A stretch of DNA of 64,000 nucleotides from a virus: UHGV virus genome UHGV-1374697; one strand, written 5' to 3'. The notes below the pieces were generated by a model. The model did no database searches. It was not told where the DNA came from and worked only from the letters and a program-made list of their open reading frames with translations. The number at the start of each line of letters is the position of its first letter. Within the stretch, counting starts at the first letter, position 1. Shown here piece after piece: positions 27,512-36,234 of this stretch. Both the position numbers and the translations under genes were made by a program.

Positions 27512-27627
27512 TTTCTTTTGATGTATTTCTTAATGGTTTCGATTACCCACAGGGTGAATAGGGCGAGGGCGCACAGAGCAATAGCACCCCATGCGAGGAT
27601 GTCAGTAATACCAACAAATATTGTCAT
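27508..27627 (-). CDS. 39-aa single-transmembrane micropeptide (MTIFVGITDILAWGAIALCALALFTLWVIETIKKYIKRK)
   Basis: Hand-translated from the 118-nt gap. Its TGA overlaps the ATG of the zinc-ribbon repeat gene as an ATGA. It lies 3 nt after the upstream stop. Confidence 0.4.
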   Translation of the reverse strand: MTIFVGITDILAWGAIALCALALFTLWVIETIKKYIKRK

Positions 27628-27629
27628 GG

Positions 27630-28037
27630 TTAGTCGATTAGTTTAAGGTCAAAGAACATAACGGTGTTGAAGTAGTTAGTGGTCACTCCATCGATAGCTA
27701 CCCAGCCGTCGCTGTCTTCATCATCGTAAACCGCGTACTCCTGATAGGGCATAGGCTCTTCATCGTAGCTTACCCAGCCACGAGGAACGAATTGTACCCT
27801 ATCCCCTCTCTTGAACGGTCGCCGGGGTTTGGCGGCGTTAGTGCAACCAGCGCGGACAGATTCTTCTGGCGCATCTAGAATTTCTTCCATCTGGTTAGCA
27901 GAGGCCCACTCCGCTAATCCTCCCGAATAGCGTACCTTGTACGGGTAGGAAGAACGTTCGTTGTCGATTTCCACGACGCGACCGCAAGGGCCGCCGTTGA
28001 CGCGGACAATCATTCCGAGTTTTACTTCGTTCGTCAT
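27630..28037 (-). CDS. hypothetical protein with two KOW/SH3-like motifs (about 135 aa)
   Basis: The ATG at 28037 (MTNEVKLGMIVRVNGG) lies 3 nt after the upstream stop, whereas the ATG at 28091 would overlap by 52 nt. A second motif is KRGDRVQFVPRG. Confidence 0.5.
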   Translation of the reverse strand: MTNEVKLGMIVRVNGGPCGRVVEIDNERSSYPYKVRYSGGLAEWASANQMEEILDAPEESVRAGCTNAAKPRRPFKRGDRVQFVPRGWVSYDEEPMPYQEYAVYDDEDSDGWVAIDGVTTNYFNTVMFFDLKLID

Positions 28038-28039
28038 GA

Positions 28040-28501
28040 TTAGAATTTGATGTTTGGGTATTCGCGGTAAAGTCGATAGCGGGTCATCCATATGTAGATT
28101 CCCACAGTTACATAGTTAGCGAGCACGATAAGGAAGAATCCTTCGGCAAGCCACGCAGTGATGATTGAGAGAACGAGCAAGAAGGGGGCAGGAAGAATGG
28201 AGAGGCACTCCACAATGATGGCTACAATCGTTCCAACTACTCCTGCGATAGTCCACAGGATAGAAGTATTAAAGATGTGGTCATACATTGCTTTCATTTC
28301 TCTACGCTCGTAGAGCGTATATCCTCCTCCCCTCGTCCGGTAGCTATTGGTCTCGATGCCAATGAGCTTCCAGTGAGCTTTCAGTCTCTCGGCCATCTTG
28401 GTGAGGGCAGTACCTCCTAAGCCGCGGAGAGCTACACCCGCAAGCGCGAAAAGGCCCGCAAGCGCGAAGTATTGTGTGGTTGATAGATGCAATGCGTTCA
28501 T
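28040..28501 (-). CDS. integral membrane protein (153 aa, 3-4 transmembrane helices)
   Basis: Multiple hydrophobic helices (LAGLFALAGVAL..., ILWTIAGVVGTIVAIIVECLSILPAPFLLVLSIITAWL). Confidence 0.55.
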   Translation of the reverse strand: MNALHLSTTQYFALAGLFALAGVALRGLGGTALTKMAERLKAHWKLIGIETNSYRTRGGGYTLYERREMKAMYDHIFNTSILWTIAGVVGTIVAIIVECLSILPAPFLLVLSIITAWLAEGFFLIVLANYVTVGIYIWMTRYRLYREYPNIKF

Positions 28502-28519
28502 GATTGTTCTCCTTCATGG

Positions 28520-28942
28520 TTACTCGGCTTGCTCCATTCCCCACGGCCATTCAACTATCCTGCCGGGTTCAATGCTTCGTCCGTCTTCCAACAGGATGCG
28601 CATGGAGACACGGGTTCTTCCTGCAACGATTCCAGTATGCCGACGGAACATACCGTCGAAGTACTGGATTTCGTCACCGGGTTGAAGACGCAGAACCGGA
28701 GGGAGTTCTTCAATAAACTGGCGGGCGGTAAGCCATGCCTTTTCCTTCGCCTCTTCATAATCGTCACTGTCATCTCCCAGCACCGCTAATTCGCAACTCA
28801 TACACTCTACGAACACGTAGTTGCCGCGATGTGCTTCTCTCAATAGGCCGCCGCAGATTGGGCAGAACAGTTGAGGAGGTCCCTCTTCCTCTGGGAATAC
28901 TTCGTCAATAGTAATCTGTTTGGTGTTTGATGTCTTGGACAT
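28520..28942 (-). CDS. zinc-ribbon protein (140 aa)
   Basis: CPICGG...CMSCE, a four-Cys ribbon. The C-terminus has a PGDEIQYFDG KOW-like motif. It is the first gene after the terminator and promoter region. Confidence 0.5.
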   Translation of the reverse strand: MSKTSNTKQITIDEVFPEEEGPPQLFCPICGGLLREAHRGNYVFVECMSCELAVLGDDSDDYEEAKEKAWLTARQFIEELPPVLRLQPGDEIQYFDGMFRRHTGIVAGRTRVSMRILLEDGRSIEPGRIVEWPWGMEQAE

Positions 28943-28990
28943 GCCACCACCATATAATAATTTTATTATTTGTCAAGAAATTATTTCAAT

Positions 28991-29020
28991 AAAAATCCCC
29001 GGAGGGATTACCCTCCGGGG
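28991..29020 (-). terminator. rho-independent terminator, followed by a TTGACA-containing promoter-like region
   Basis: On the minus strand: CCCCGGAGGG-taat-CCCTCCGGGG-atttttattg, then TTCTTGACAAATAATAAAATTATTATATGG and ggtggtggcATG (28942). Confidence 0.65.
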
Positions 29021-29080
29021 CGATGTGCTACTTGCGCTTCCAGCCAAGTAAGTCAAGAAGTTCGAGTAAGCTCATGATTA

Positions 29081-29473
29081 TCATCCTTTTGTGAAGAAGT
29101 TAAAGAAGGATAGTGTACCACTATCGGTGAGTACGAACTGGGGATATTGGTCAGGGGTAAATATTTTTGTACCCCCGGAATCCCCGGTAGCCTCGACAGT
29201 CAGAAGGACTGCGGGCACATTGTCCGTCGGGCTGGAAGGGGATGGAATATCTCCCAATCGTGCCCAAACTTGGCACGCTTGCCACTGTTCGTCAAGAGCG
29301 GCAATGGCCTCGATAGCCTTAACCATTGCAGGTATCTGCTCCTTCGGCAACGTGGTCTCGTTGTATTGGTCAAGGTGCGTAAAGCCCAGTGCGTCCGCGT
29401 AGATTACGCTCATAATGAGCTTTGTCCAGTCGCCGGGCTGTGGGAATTGAATTTGTATTTCTGCGTTGTTCAT
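29081..29473 (-). CDS. hypothetical protein (130 aa)
   Basis: An ORF that overlaps the upstream gene by 4 nt. Confidence 0.5.
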   Translation of the reverse strand: MNNAEIQIQFPQPGDWTKLIMSVIYADALGFTHLDQYNETTLPKEQIPAMVKAIEAIAALDEQWQACQVWARLGDIPSPSSPTDNVPAVLLTVEATGDSGGTKIFTPDQYPQFVLTDSGTLSFFNFFTKG

Positions 29474-31626
29474 GCCTGTTCAATGGGGATGTTAATATCT
29501 TCGAAATCCGTGGTTTCCTCGGATTCAATGGCACTGACGGCCATTGCTTCCATTGCGTAATAGGTGGGATTGGTCATTCCATTGGCATAAAGATGCCGTG
29601 TGCCCGTACCCACGTCAGCTGAAAGGGCGTATGTTTTCTCATTGCGTGCGTCAATAATCAGGGTGCTTACGCCCGTTCCTGCCTCGAAATTGATGAAGCC
29701 GCGGAGAGAAGCTATCTTGAACAGGGTATTGGTACTGCCGCCTCCCAGCTCCATATAAAGAGCCGCCTTTTCCTCTCGCTCTTCTAGGTCCGGTGGTCCG
29801 CTCTGCATGTAAATAAGCCTGTTCAACCCGGATGGCATCAGCTCATTCAACCCCAATGGAAGAAATACGGTTGTCGTCTTCACCTGCCAGTGACCTACGG
29901 ATTTTACATAAAAGATTTCTCTCACTCTGATTGCATACCCTTTGCGGTCAGTATCGTAAGGAGTATTGATGGTAACATCAATGATTTCCCCGTAGTTGAT
30001 GGCCAGATTGGCTCCCGGAATCATGGAATAAGAATCCATCGTCAACCCGGTTCTGTTGGTTTTCGAACCACGGCCTATGCCAAAAGTAAATTTAGCGAAG
30101 GTTGTCGCGTTGACCGCAAGGGAAAATCCGCACACGGAACTGTAATTAAATTGACCGTTAGGCCCTATCAGGGGGACAATCGCTGTCCCATACGCATTGG
30201 AATCGGCAGAAGCCGCGCCCACTGAAAATCTCTGCATCAACCCGGTAAGAGTACCTTTGGAAGCTTTAGAGATGGAACCCGTGACTGTGATTGAACCGGA
30301 ATTAAGGTATATAGGCTGAACCAACGCCGACATAGCACCGGCCAATCCCAACGCATAAAAGCGATTAACCGCGCCCGTATCCATCGGTGCACCTACAGTC
30401 AGAGGGATGTTAATCCCGGCGTTGGCATTGGGGGTTTTGCTGAATGTAAAAGTCCCGGTCACGTTAGTAAAGCCACCAAGATGGACATCAGCATAGAACA
30501 AAGACATTCCATAATGGTTTTCCTGTTTGTTGAACCAAAGGTTCCCAGCCCCATCAATGGCCATTGACCTATCGTTGATGTTATTGGGGTCAGTAACGGA
30601 GAGACTCCCGTTGGATTCTTCGTAGAGTATGCAACGGGTAGGACCGCTCTCCTTGCCGAAGAGGATGCACTTCATCCTCTCGCCAGAGGCGGCAATGAAG
30701 CTAATAACTTCATCAAAAGTGGTAGGGTCTTGGAACTTGACAGGAATCGCAACGTCCATGTGGGAAGCGTTCGTCCCCTCAATGACTGCGGCTCCATTAC
30801 CATCCCCGTGAAGTTTCACTGCGTCTGCCCCCTGTCCGAGAACTAGAGGAACTTCGTTACCGAGAACTACTCCTGCCGTGTTGGTGAAATTCCATGCCCC
30901 GGTGATATTCTGGTCTAGGGAGGGGTCAAACCCCGCACCCTCACCGGAGCCTAAACTAAAATTTCGGATAGAGACGAAGAAGTCCGCTTCTTCAATCGTA
31001 CTGCCGATAGAAAGAATTGCGGAAGTTTCAGTTGCCACAAAGACCAGCTGGGCAGTAGTCTTGCCGCCAGCGAGGAAGGCCTTAGGATTGTTGTCAGCTC
31101 CTACGCTAAAAAGCGCATAGCTGAATTCCGGATTAGGCTTCGTTTCCATCAAGCCGCCCAAGTCAGGATGTACATTGATGGAGTAAAGCTTACCACTTTC
31201 GAGATTGGAGATTTTGTAGAAACCCTCGGAGACAGGGCCATCACCGTCCAGCGGGAGGGCCTGATACTCTTGGTCGTAGTTGAAGCCCAACGGGTGAAGA
31301 GCAATCGTTGCGTGTGCGCTCTCAACCGAAGCATTCTTATCCTGTGCGTTAGTGGGGACGACGAAGTACTTACCGTTGGGAGATGCAATCTCAATCACCT
31401 GTCCCGCGACCGAACCATTGATGACGAACTGTTCCGGCGTAATGTTGGACCACAGTTCGTCAGTAGGAGCGGTAGCGGAAAGCTTGAAGAGACAGGGAGA
31501 ACTGGAAGCAAGAAGCCACGCGGTGTGCGTGTCGGCATCGCCCAGCTTATAGGTTACGCCCGGCGTAATAGGAGAGCCGTTGACGTAATTTTCAATTTGG
31601 ATTTCAGAAGAACGTTTACGTGCCAT
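29470..31626 (-). CDS. large structural protein (718 aa), tail fiber or receptor-binding candidate
   Basis: A long Gly/Ser/Thr/Asn-rich ORF. It is the first gene after an intrinsic terminator in the structural block. The function is inferred from position and composition only. Confidence 0.55.
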   Translation of the reverse strand: MARKRSSEIQIENYVNGSPITPGVTYKLGDADTHTAWLLASSSPCLFKLSATAPTDELWSNITPEQFVINGSVAGQVIEIASPNGKYFVVPTNAQDKNASVESAHATIALHPLGFNYDQEYQALPLDGDGPVSEGFYKISNLESGKLYSINVHPDLGGLMETKPNPEFSYALFSVGADNNPKAFLAGGKTTAQLVFVATETSAILSIGSTIEEADFFVSIRNFSLGSGEGAGFDPSLDQNITGAWNFTNTAGVVLGNEVPLVLGQGADAVKLHGDGNGAAVIEGTNASHMDVAIPVKFQDPTTFDEVISFIAASGERMKCILFGKESGPTRCILYEESNGSLSVTDPNNINDRSMAIDGAGNLWFNKQENHYGMSLFYADVHLGGFTNVTGTFTFSKTPNANAGINIPLTVGAPMDTGAVNRFYALGLAGAMSALVQPIYLNSGSITVTGSISKASKGTLTGLMQRFSVGAASADSNAYGTAIVPLIGPNGQFNYSSVCGFSLAVNATTFAKFTFGIGRGSKTNRTGLTMDSYSMIPGANLAINYGEIIDVTINTPYDTDRKGYAIRVREIFYVKSVGHWQVKTTTVFLPLGLNELMPSGLNRLIYMQSGPPDLEEREEKAALYMELGGGSTNTLFKIASLRGFINFEAGTGVSTLIIDARNEKTYALSADVGTGTRHLYANGMTNPTYYAMEAMAVSAIESEETTDFEDINIPIEQA

Positions 31627-31632
31627 GATAGT

Positions 31633-31681
31633 AAAAATTTGGGGCTGAACCCATAGAAGTTTAGCTCATGAGTTCAGCCCC
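31633..31681 (-). terminator. rho-independent terminator immediately upstream of the 718-aa gene
   Basis: On the minus strand: GGGGCTGAAC-N21-GTTCAGCCCC-aaatttttactatcATG. A 10-bp perfect stem followed by a T-run. Confidence 0.6.
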
Positions 31682-31700
31682 GTCAAGGTTTAATTGTTGG

Positions 31701-32672
31701 TTATGCGATATTTCCAACGAAGGTAATCACCGCAGTCCCTTTAAAGGTCCCGGCATCACCGCCCGTAGGAATCTGGAACGAGGCAACGGCGGCTCGCTGT
31801 CCCGCACCAAGAGCTGTTCCCTGTGAAAAGATAAGAGTTCCTCGAAGGTTCTTACCAGTCACAATACCCTGCGTGGCCGTGAGAGGAAGAAGACCTTGCG
31901 CCCCTGCTTCCCCAACTACGTTGGTAAGGACTACGTTCTGGTTCTGGATAGTGATGTTGCCATCGTATTGGAATTCAGGTGCGTCGGCTTCGGTCACGAA
32001 GTCCACGCGGTAATATCCGGCAGGGGTAGGACCTACAAGAGCTACGTCGGAAACGGTGTCCGAAAGGGTCGTAAGCTGGGGAGCGGTAAGACCCTCAATC
32101 CCCTGCGCGGCTACGATGTCAACGTTAGCCTTTACTGCTCCATCTACGTACACCCACGCTTTCGTACCGGTGGAAGTGAAACGAGTGGTCCCTGCGGCAG
32201 TTACAAACGGAGGTTCTTCTATTGCGTCTGCAATGGTATCTCCTGTCTTGACAAATACGGTTACAGGGACTTCCGCACTTACTTTCAATTCATACCCCGT
32301 ATCTGCGACTAAATCACCGATACTATACCACTTGTCAGGTGATAAGTCTGCGGGAAGAGTTGCTTCTTCGGGAGCCGGAATTTGGTCAGCCTTCATAGTC
32401 AAGGTAATCTCCGCGCCCTCAAGGGCATCGATGCGGAGGTAAGCGTTAGTCTGACCACCCTCCGTCGCGAAGTAGAAAGCACGGCCAGAAAGATACCCTT
32501 CGGCTTCCACCTGCTCCAACGCTTCATCTTTCGCGATGACCACATGCGGGCACTTGGTAGACGTGACAATAAACTTATACCGAGTAGCCTCGGTCAGTCC
32601 GGTAAGCTGATAGATTTGCCCGCGAGCGATAGTTGCATTCTCTGCGGGAATGGGAAGATTTACTACTGCCAT
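31701..32672 (-). CDS. structural protein (323 aa, beta-rich; tail or decoration candidate)
   Basis: An ORF within the structural block. No motif recognised. Confidence 0.5.
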   Translation of the reverse strand: MAVVNLPIPAENATIARGQIYQLTGLTEATRYKFIVTSTKCPHVVIAKDEALEQVEAEGYLSGRAFYFATEGGQTNAYLRIDALEGAEITLTMKADQIPAPEEATLPADLSPDKWYSIGDLVADTGYELKVSAEVPVTVFVKTGDTIADAIEEPPFVTAAGTTRFTSTGTKAWVYVDGAVKANVDIVAAQGIEGLTAPQLTTLSDTVSDVALVGPTPAGYYRVDFVTEADAPEFQYDGNITIQNQNVVLTNVVGEAGAQGLLPLTATQGIVTGKNLRGTLIFSQGTALGAGQRAAVASFQIPTGGDAGTFKGTAVITFVGNIA

Positions 32673-32677
32673 AATTA

Positions 32678-33193
32678 TTATTCGTTAAGAGTTGCTACTG
32701 TTTTAGCTTGATGAATAAGGGGAGTTAAAGTTATTCCCCTATTCACAGGGATGTGCGCAGTATCTGACGCAGGGATAATAATATCTCCATCATTCACTAA
32801 TACACTTTGAACACTATTTTCAACATCAATACCGAAGTAAAGAACTTCGGGTTGATTAGTGGGAATAGACACCAAGTGCTTAACTCCCATAGCTACGGGA
32901 ATTGCTTGCACCGCCAGAGGTGTTGCGGCACGGACTTCTAGGGTTAATACGGTCCCCGAAAGAGATTCCGTAACAGTTAAATCCCCGGCGGCTTTGAGAT
33001 GTGCTTTGAACTCCCGGTTTACGAGGGAAGAACCTTCGGCAAGGGTCTTCTCGTCCTCCGTCAGTTTGACGACAGGAACTCCCCTATCACTGGTGATAGT
33101 AATAAGAAAGTCTCCTTCCTCGCTGGGAATGAGCGTATTCTCAACTCCTGATTCGAGGACAACTGGTTCTGTAGTGGGAACGTCGATTTCCAT
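32678..33193 (-). CDS. hypothetical structural protein (171 aa)
   Basis: An ORF within the structural block. Confidence 0.5.
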   Translation of the reverse strand: MEIDVPTTEPVVLESGVENTLIPSEEGDFLITITSDRGVPVVKLTEDEKTLAEGSSLVNREFKAHLKAAGDLTVTESLSGTVLTLEVRAATPLAVQAIPVAMGVKHLVSIPTNQPEVLYFGIDVENSVQSVLVNDGDIIIPASDTAHIPVNRGITLTPLIHQAKTVATLNE

Positions 33194-33207
33194 ACTAGTT
33201 AAAAAGG

Positions 33208-33480
33208 TTATGCTCCAAAGCCAGAGGCGATAATAGAACCAATGTCGGCTCCTTCTGCCAGTTCTTCGGCTTCTTCGGTTTCGGTTTCCTGTTTGGGAGA
33301 TTCGGTTTCTTCTTCTTCTTCGGAGTTATCGTCGCTATCATCGTCACCTATTTCTTGGTCCTCGATAGAAACAATCTCAATAGATTTGCCGTCATCTGAA
33401 ACAACGCCAACTCCCATGAGCTGAACATCATCCCCCGGTTTAAGGTCTCCAAATTTTTCAGGGTCATACGTAATCTTCAT
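33208..33480 (-). CDS. small highly acidic protein (about 90 aa)
   Basis: The C-terminus DDDSDDNSEEEEETESPKQETETEEAEE is highly acidic. The ATG at 33510 falls inside the loop of the terminator hairpin, so the ATG at 33480 (MKITYDPEKF) is preferred. Confidence 0.45.
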   Translation of the reverse strand: MKITYDPEKFGDLKPGDDVQLMGVGVVSDDGKSIEIVSIEDQEIGDDDSDDNSEEEEETESPKQETETEEAEELAEGADIGSIIASGFGA

Positions 33481-33490
33481 GCAGATAAAA

Positions 33491-33525
33491 ATTGAGGCGA
33501 GCGGGTTCATCCCGCCCGCCTCGGT
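33491..33525 (-). terminator. rho-independent terminator directly after the major capsid gene
   Basis: On the minus strand: GAGGCGGGCGGG-atgaac-CCGCTCGCCTC-aatttttatctgc. A stem of about 11 bp with a T-run, in the classic position after a major capsid gene. Confidence 0.65.
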
Positions 33526-33546
33526 TTAAGGGTTATAGGTTTAGGC

Positions 33547-34803
33547 TTAGAGGCCAGATACTACCGCAGGGGTACTTACCAGAGAGCCAACGGGCTTACC
33601 GTCAGCACCGACGAGTTCGCGGCCAGCGGTCGTGCGAATGTGTCGGATGACTACACCGTGACGCGGGAAGACAGGCATCGGAGCGGCAGAAAGTGTCGCG
33701 ATGAACAGGCCCTGCGTACCCATGTAGTTACCGCCGTTGTCCTTGTTGTTCACCCAAGTCAGCTCACCAGCGTAAGTCACAGGGTCCCACTTGGCCTGAC
33801 CGTAGGCAGACACCGGACGAGGAACGAGGGACTTGTACACGTCCTTCACAAAGATAATCGTATCTTCGTAGGGGGCGTTCATGTACGCGGGGTTCGGCAC
33901 ATAGCGGTTACCAACAGTCGTTTCCACCTTGATATACTGGGGAACTTCCACCCACTTCTGACCAGTCGGCTTGCTGTCGTCGAAGGTGTAGCGGGGGTTC
34001 ATGTTGTCCACGATGTAGGTAAAGCCCTTGTACGTCCACTTCACGCCCAGCTGACGCAGGAGAGTAGCATCCTTGCCTTCCGCGGCCTCTGCGAAGTTCC
34101 AGTCCTTGCGGATAACTTCGTTGTGACGCAGGATGAAGTCCACGGTGTCCTTAGACGTGTAAGCCAAGAAGACAGGGGAACCTTGGTCCATCAGAGCGGC
34201 AGATTCGCCAGCACCTTCATTGATGAGCAACTGCCAAGCTTGGTTCATCAGGTCATCATTCAGCGCGGCTTCGGGCTTAACTTCCGGCATGGAGTTAATA
34301 TCGTTGCTCACGACATCAAGACCAACTACACCCGCCTTCGTGGGGATGAGTTTGTAGCTGGCGATTTTGATGTAGCTCTCACGGTAGAAGCGAGACCAAG
34401 TATTACCGACGGCACGGACCAACTGCTTCACCACATTCTCGGCCTGTTGCTTAGCTTGCCAAGACTGACGCATGCGGAGTACGTCCAGTTTCTGGGAGGC
34501 AAGCCTCGTGATGAAGCGGCTGTAGGAGTATTCCGTAGCCCCCGTATCATTTACCGTAATCGGAATCTGGTCAGAGGTGGAATCGAGGTTAATGTTCATC
34601 CATTCGGGACGGGGGTCCGTAGCACCGAAGGTTGCGATACGCCCGGAATCACCAACACCATCGGTCCATTCTCCCGTCATAATCATCTGGGAGTTCCACG
34701 GAGAAGTACGAGCAAAGGTGCTGAACATGTTGGCGTTAAGAAGGTTGGTCATCGTGACCAGCTTCAATTCTTGGGCCTGAATTTCGTTAGGAGTAGTAGC
34801 CAT
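33547..34803 (-). CDS. major capsid protein candidate (HK97-fold size class, 418 aa)
   Basis: Lies downstream of the portal and scaffold-like genes. It is preceded by a long regulatory gap and an A-rich leader, and followed by a strong terminator. These are the expression signatures of the most abundant virion protein. No motif matched by eye. Confidence 0.55.
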   Translation of the reverse strand: MATTPNEIQAQELKLVTMTNLLNANMFSTFARTSPWNSQMIMTGEWTDGVGDSGRIATFGATDPRPEWMNINLDSTSDQIPITVNDTGATEYSYSRFITRLASQKLDVLRMRQSWQAKQQAENVVKQLVRAVGNTWSRFYRESYIKIASYKLIPTKAGVVGLDVVSNDINSMPEVKPEAALNDDLMNQAWQLLINEGAGESAALMDQGSPVFLAYTSKDTVDFILRHNEVIRKDWNFAEAAEGKDATLLRQLGVKWTYKGFTYIVDNMNPRYTFDDSKPTGQKWVEVPQYIKVETTVGNRYVPNPAYMNAPYEDTIIFVKDVYKSLVPRPVSAYGQAKWDPVTYAGELTWVNNKDNGGNYMGTQGLFIATLSAAPMPVFPRHGVVIRHIRTTAGRELVGADGKPVGSLVSTPAVVSGL

Positions 34804-34947
34804 TTGTAAATTAAATTTGGTTTAATTTGCAACGCCTAGTACTCTTTGGAAGAATTTGTTTTGGGGTCTTACGCGGTCATGGCAGGGTCAGGACCAAGAA
34901 TTTTCACACCTGCATAAAGGTTTGTTTTGGTTTGCTCGCGGGAAAGC

Positions 34948-34981
34948 AAGAATGGGACACCGCATTTGATGCCCCATTCTT
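34948..34981 (-). promoter_or_regulatory. hairpin in the 212-nt gap between the scaffold and capsid genes
   Basis: AAGAATGGG-N16-CCCATTCTT, a 9-bp stem. The surrounding gap contains TTGACA-like hexamers, so it may be an attenuator or processing site combined with a capsid promoter. Confidence 0.35.
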
Positions 34982-35015
34982 GTCATAAAATTACCAGTAT
35001 GTCAAGGATTATTTA

Positions 35016-36227
35016 TCATAATCCAAAGGCACTACCAATAATGTCCCCGACTGCGGTCGGCCCAGCGGGCGGCTGGGTCTCTGGGGCTTCAGGGCTACCA
35101 CCGTTAGCGGAGGGGCGGGCCTTGCGGAGTTTGGCCACCTTCACGTTGAGAGCCTCAATCGTTGCCCTCGCGTCTGCCAATTCCTTGACCATGAGTTCCG
35201 CAAGTGCTCCATCCATGAAGGAACCATTATTTATCTTGTGGGCAAGATGGCGGGCATGCTTCACATTCTCTTCGGTAATCTCCGTGGTCATGCCCAGTTC
35301 CTTGGCGCGTTCCTTCATCGCTTCCAATGTGTAGTTATCGAGATTGACGGTGTAGGTCCCGGCCTCCGACTTGCCACCGCGGCTAGCCTTCAACTCTTCC
35401 ACATACTTGTCGGCTTCGGCCTGATAGTTTCCGTGGGCGACAATGGCCGCGTCGCGGACCTTAGCCATGCGGACAAATTTGAACACGGCAGAATCGCTAA
35501 TGCCCAGTTCCTTCCCAATGGCCTCATACGCTTCTTCGCGGTCGTACTCGTCGAGGTCGGGATTAAGGGCAACTTCATTCAGCTTGTCCATGTCCAGAGA
35601 TGCACCAGAGGCGCGGGCAATCTCCGCAAGTTTGGCGTTGGCCTTATTATACGGGGCAGTTACATTGGTCTTGTATTCTTCGGTTGCGGTGAAGGCATAG
35701 CCGCGTACAATCTCGCGCAGAGATTCAAGCTCTTCATTGTTGGGAGAGGATTTACCCGCTTCTTCCAGCTTGGCCTTCAAGTCCGCGATTTCTTTCTTCG
35801 CGCCCCTTAACTGGACGCGCATCTCGGCGAATGCCTTGCTCGCGGCCTTGCTCGCTTTCTGTTCCTTAGGACTATTGTTCTGTTCCTCCTCGTTGTTCTG
35901 TTCCTCTTCATTGTTCTGTTCCTCTTCATTGTTCTGTTCCTCGTCATCCCCGGATTCCGTGGTATCACCGTTGTTCTGTTCATCGTCAACGACGGTTCCC
36001 GTGGTATTGACTACTTCATCATCCGCGATGCGGGGACCAGCGTTCGGCATGACTACCGTACCGTCCGGGGATTCAATGGGAGCCGTGGGGTTAGCGGGAT
36101 TGGTGGGTTGAGTGGAATCCGTGGGTTCCGGGGCGAACAGGGTCTGTTCAAAAATGTTATGTATGTCGTTGTGAATAGCACCATCTATGATGCCCTCCGC
36201 TACTGCGGGAATATTTACGTTGTCCAT
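35016..36227 (-). CDS. scaffold-like protein (403 aa) with an acidic EEQNN x5 repeat
   Basis: Lies between the portal and capsid genes. It has coiled-coil segments (KKEIADLKAKLEEAGK) and an N-terminal acidic tandem repeat NNEEEQNNEEEQNNEEEQNN encoded by an 18-bp DNA tandem repeat (35870-35950). Confidence 0.5.
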   Translation of the reverse strand: MDNVNIPAVAEGIIDGAIHNDIHNIFEQTLFAPEPTDSTQPTNPANPTAPIESPDGTVVMPNAGPRIADDEVVNTTGTVVDDEQNNGDTTESGDDEEQNNEEEQNNEEEQNNEEEQNNSPKEQKASKAASKAFAEMRVQLRGAKKEIADLKAKLEEAGKSSPNNEELESLREIVRGYAFTATEEYKTNVTAPYNKANAKLAEIARASGASLDMDKLNEVALNPDLDEYDREEAYEAIGKELGISDSAVFKFVRMAKVRDAAIVAHGNYQAEADKYVEELKASRGGKSEAGTYTVNLDNYTLEAMKERAKELGMTTEITEENVKHARHLAHKINNGSFMDGALAELMVKELADARATIEALNVKVAKLRKARPSANGGSPEAPETQPPAGPTAVGDIIGSAFGL

Positions 36228-36234
36228 TTATGTA

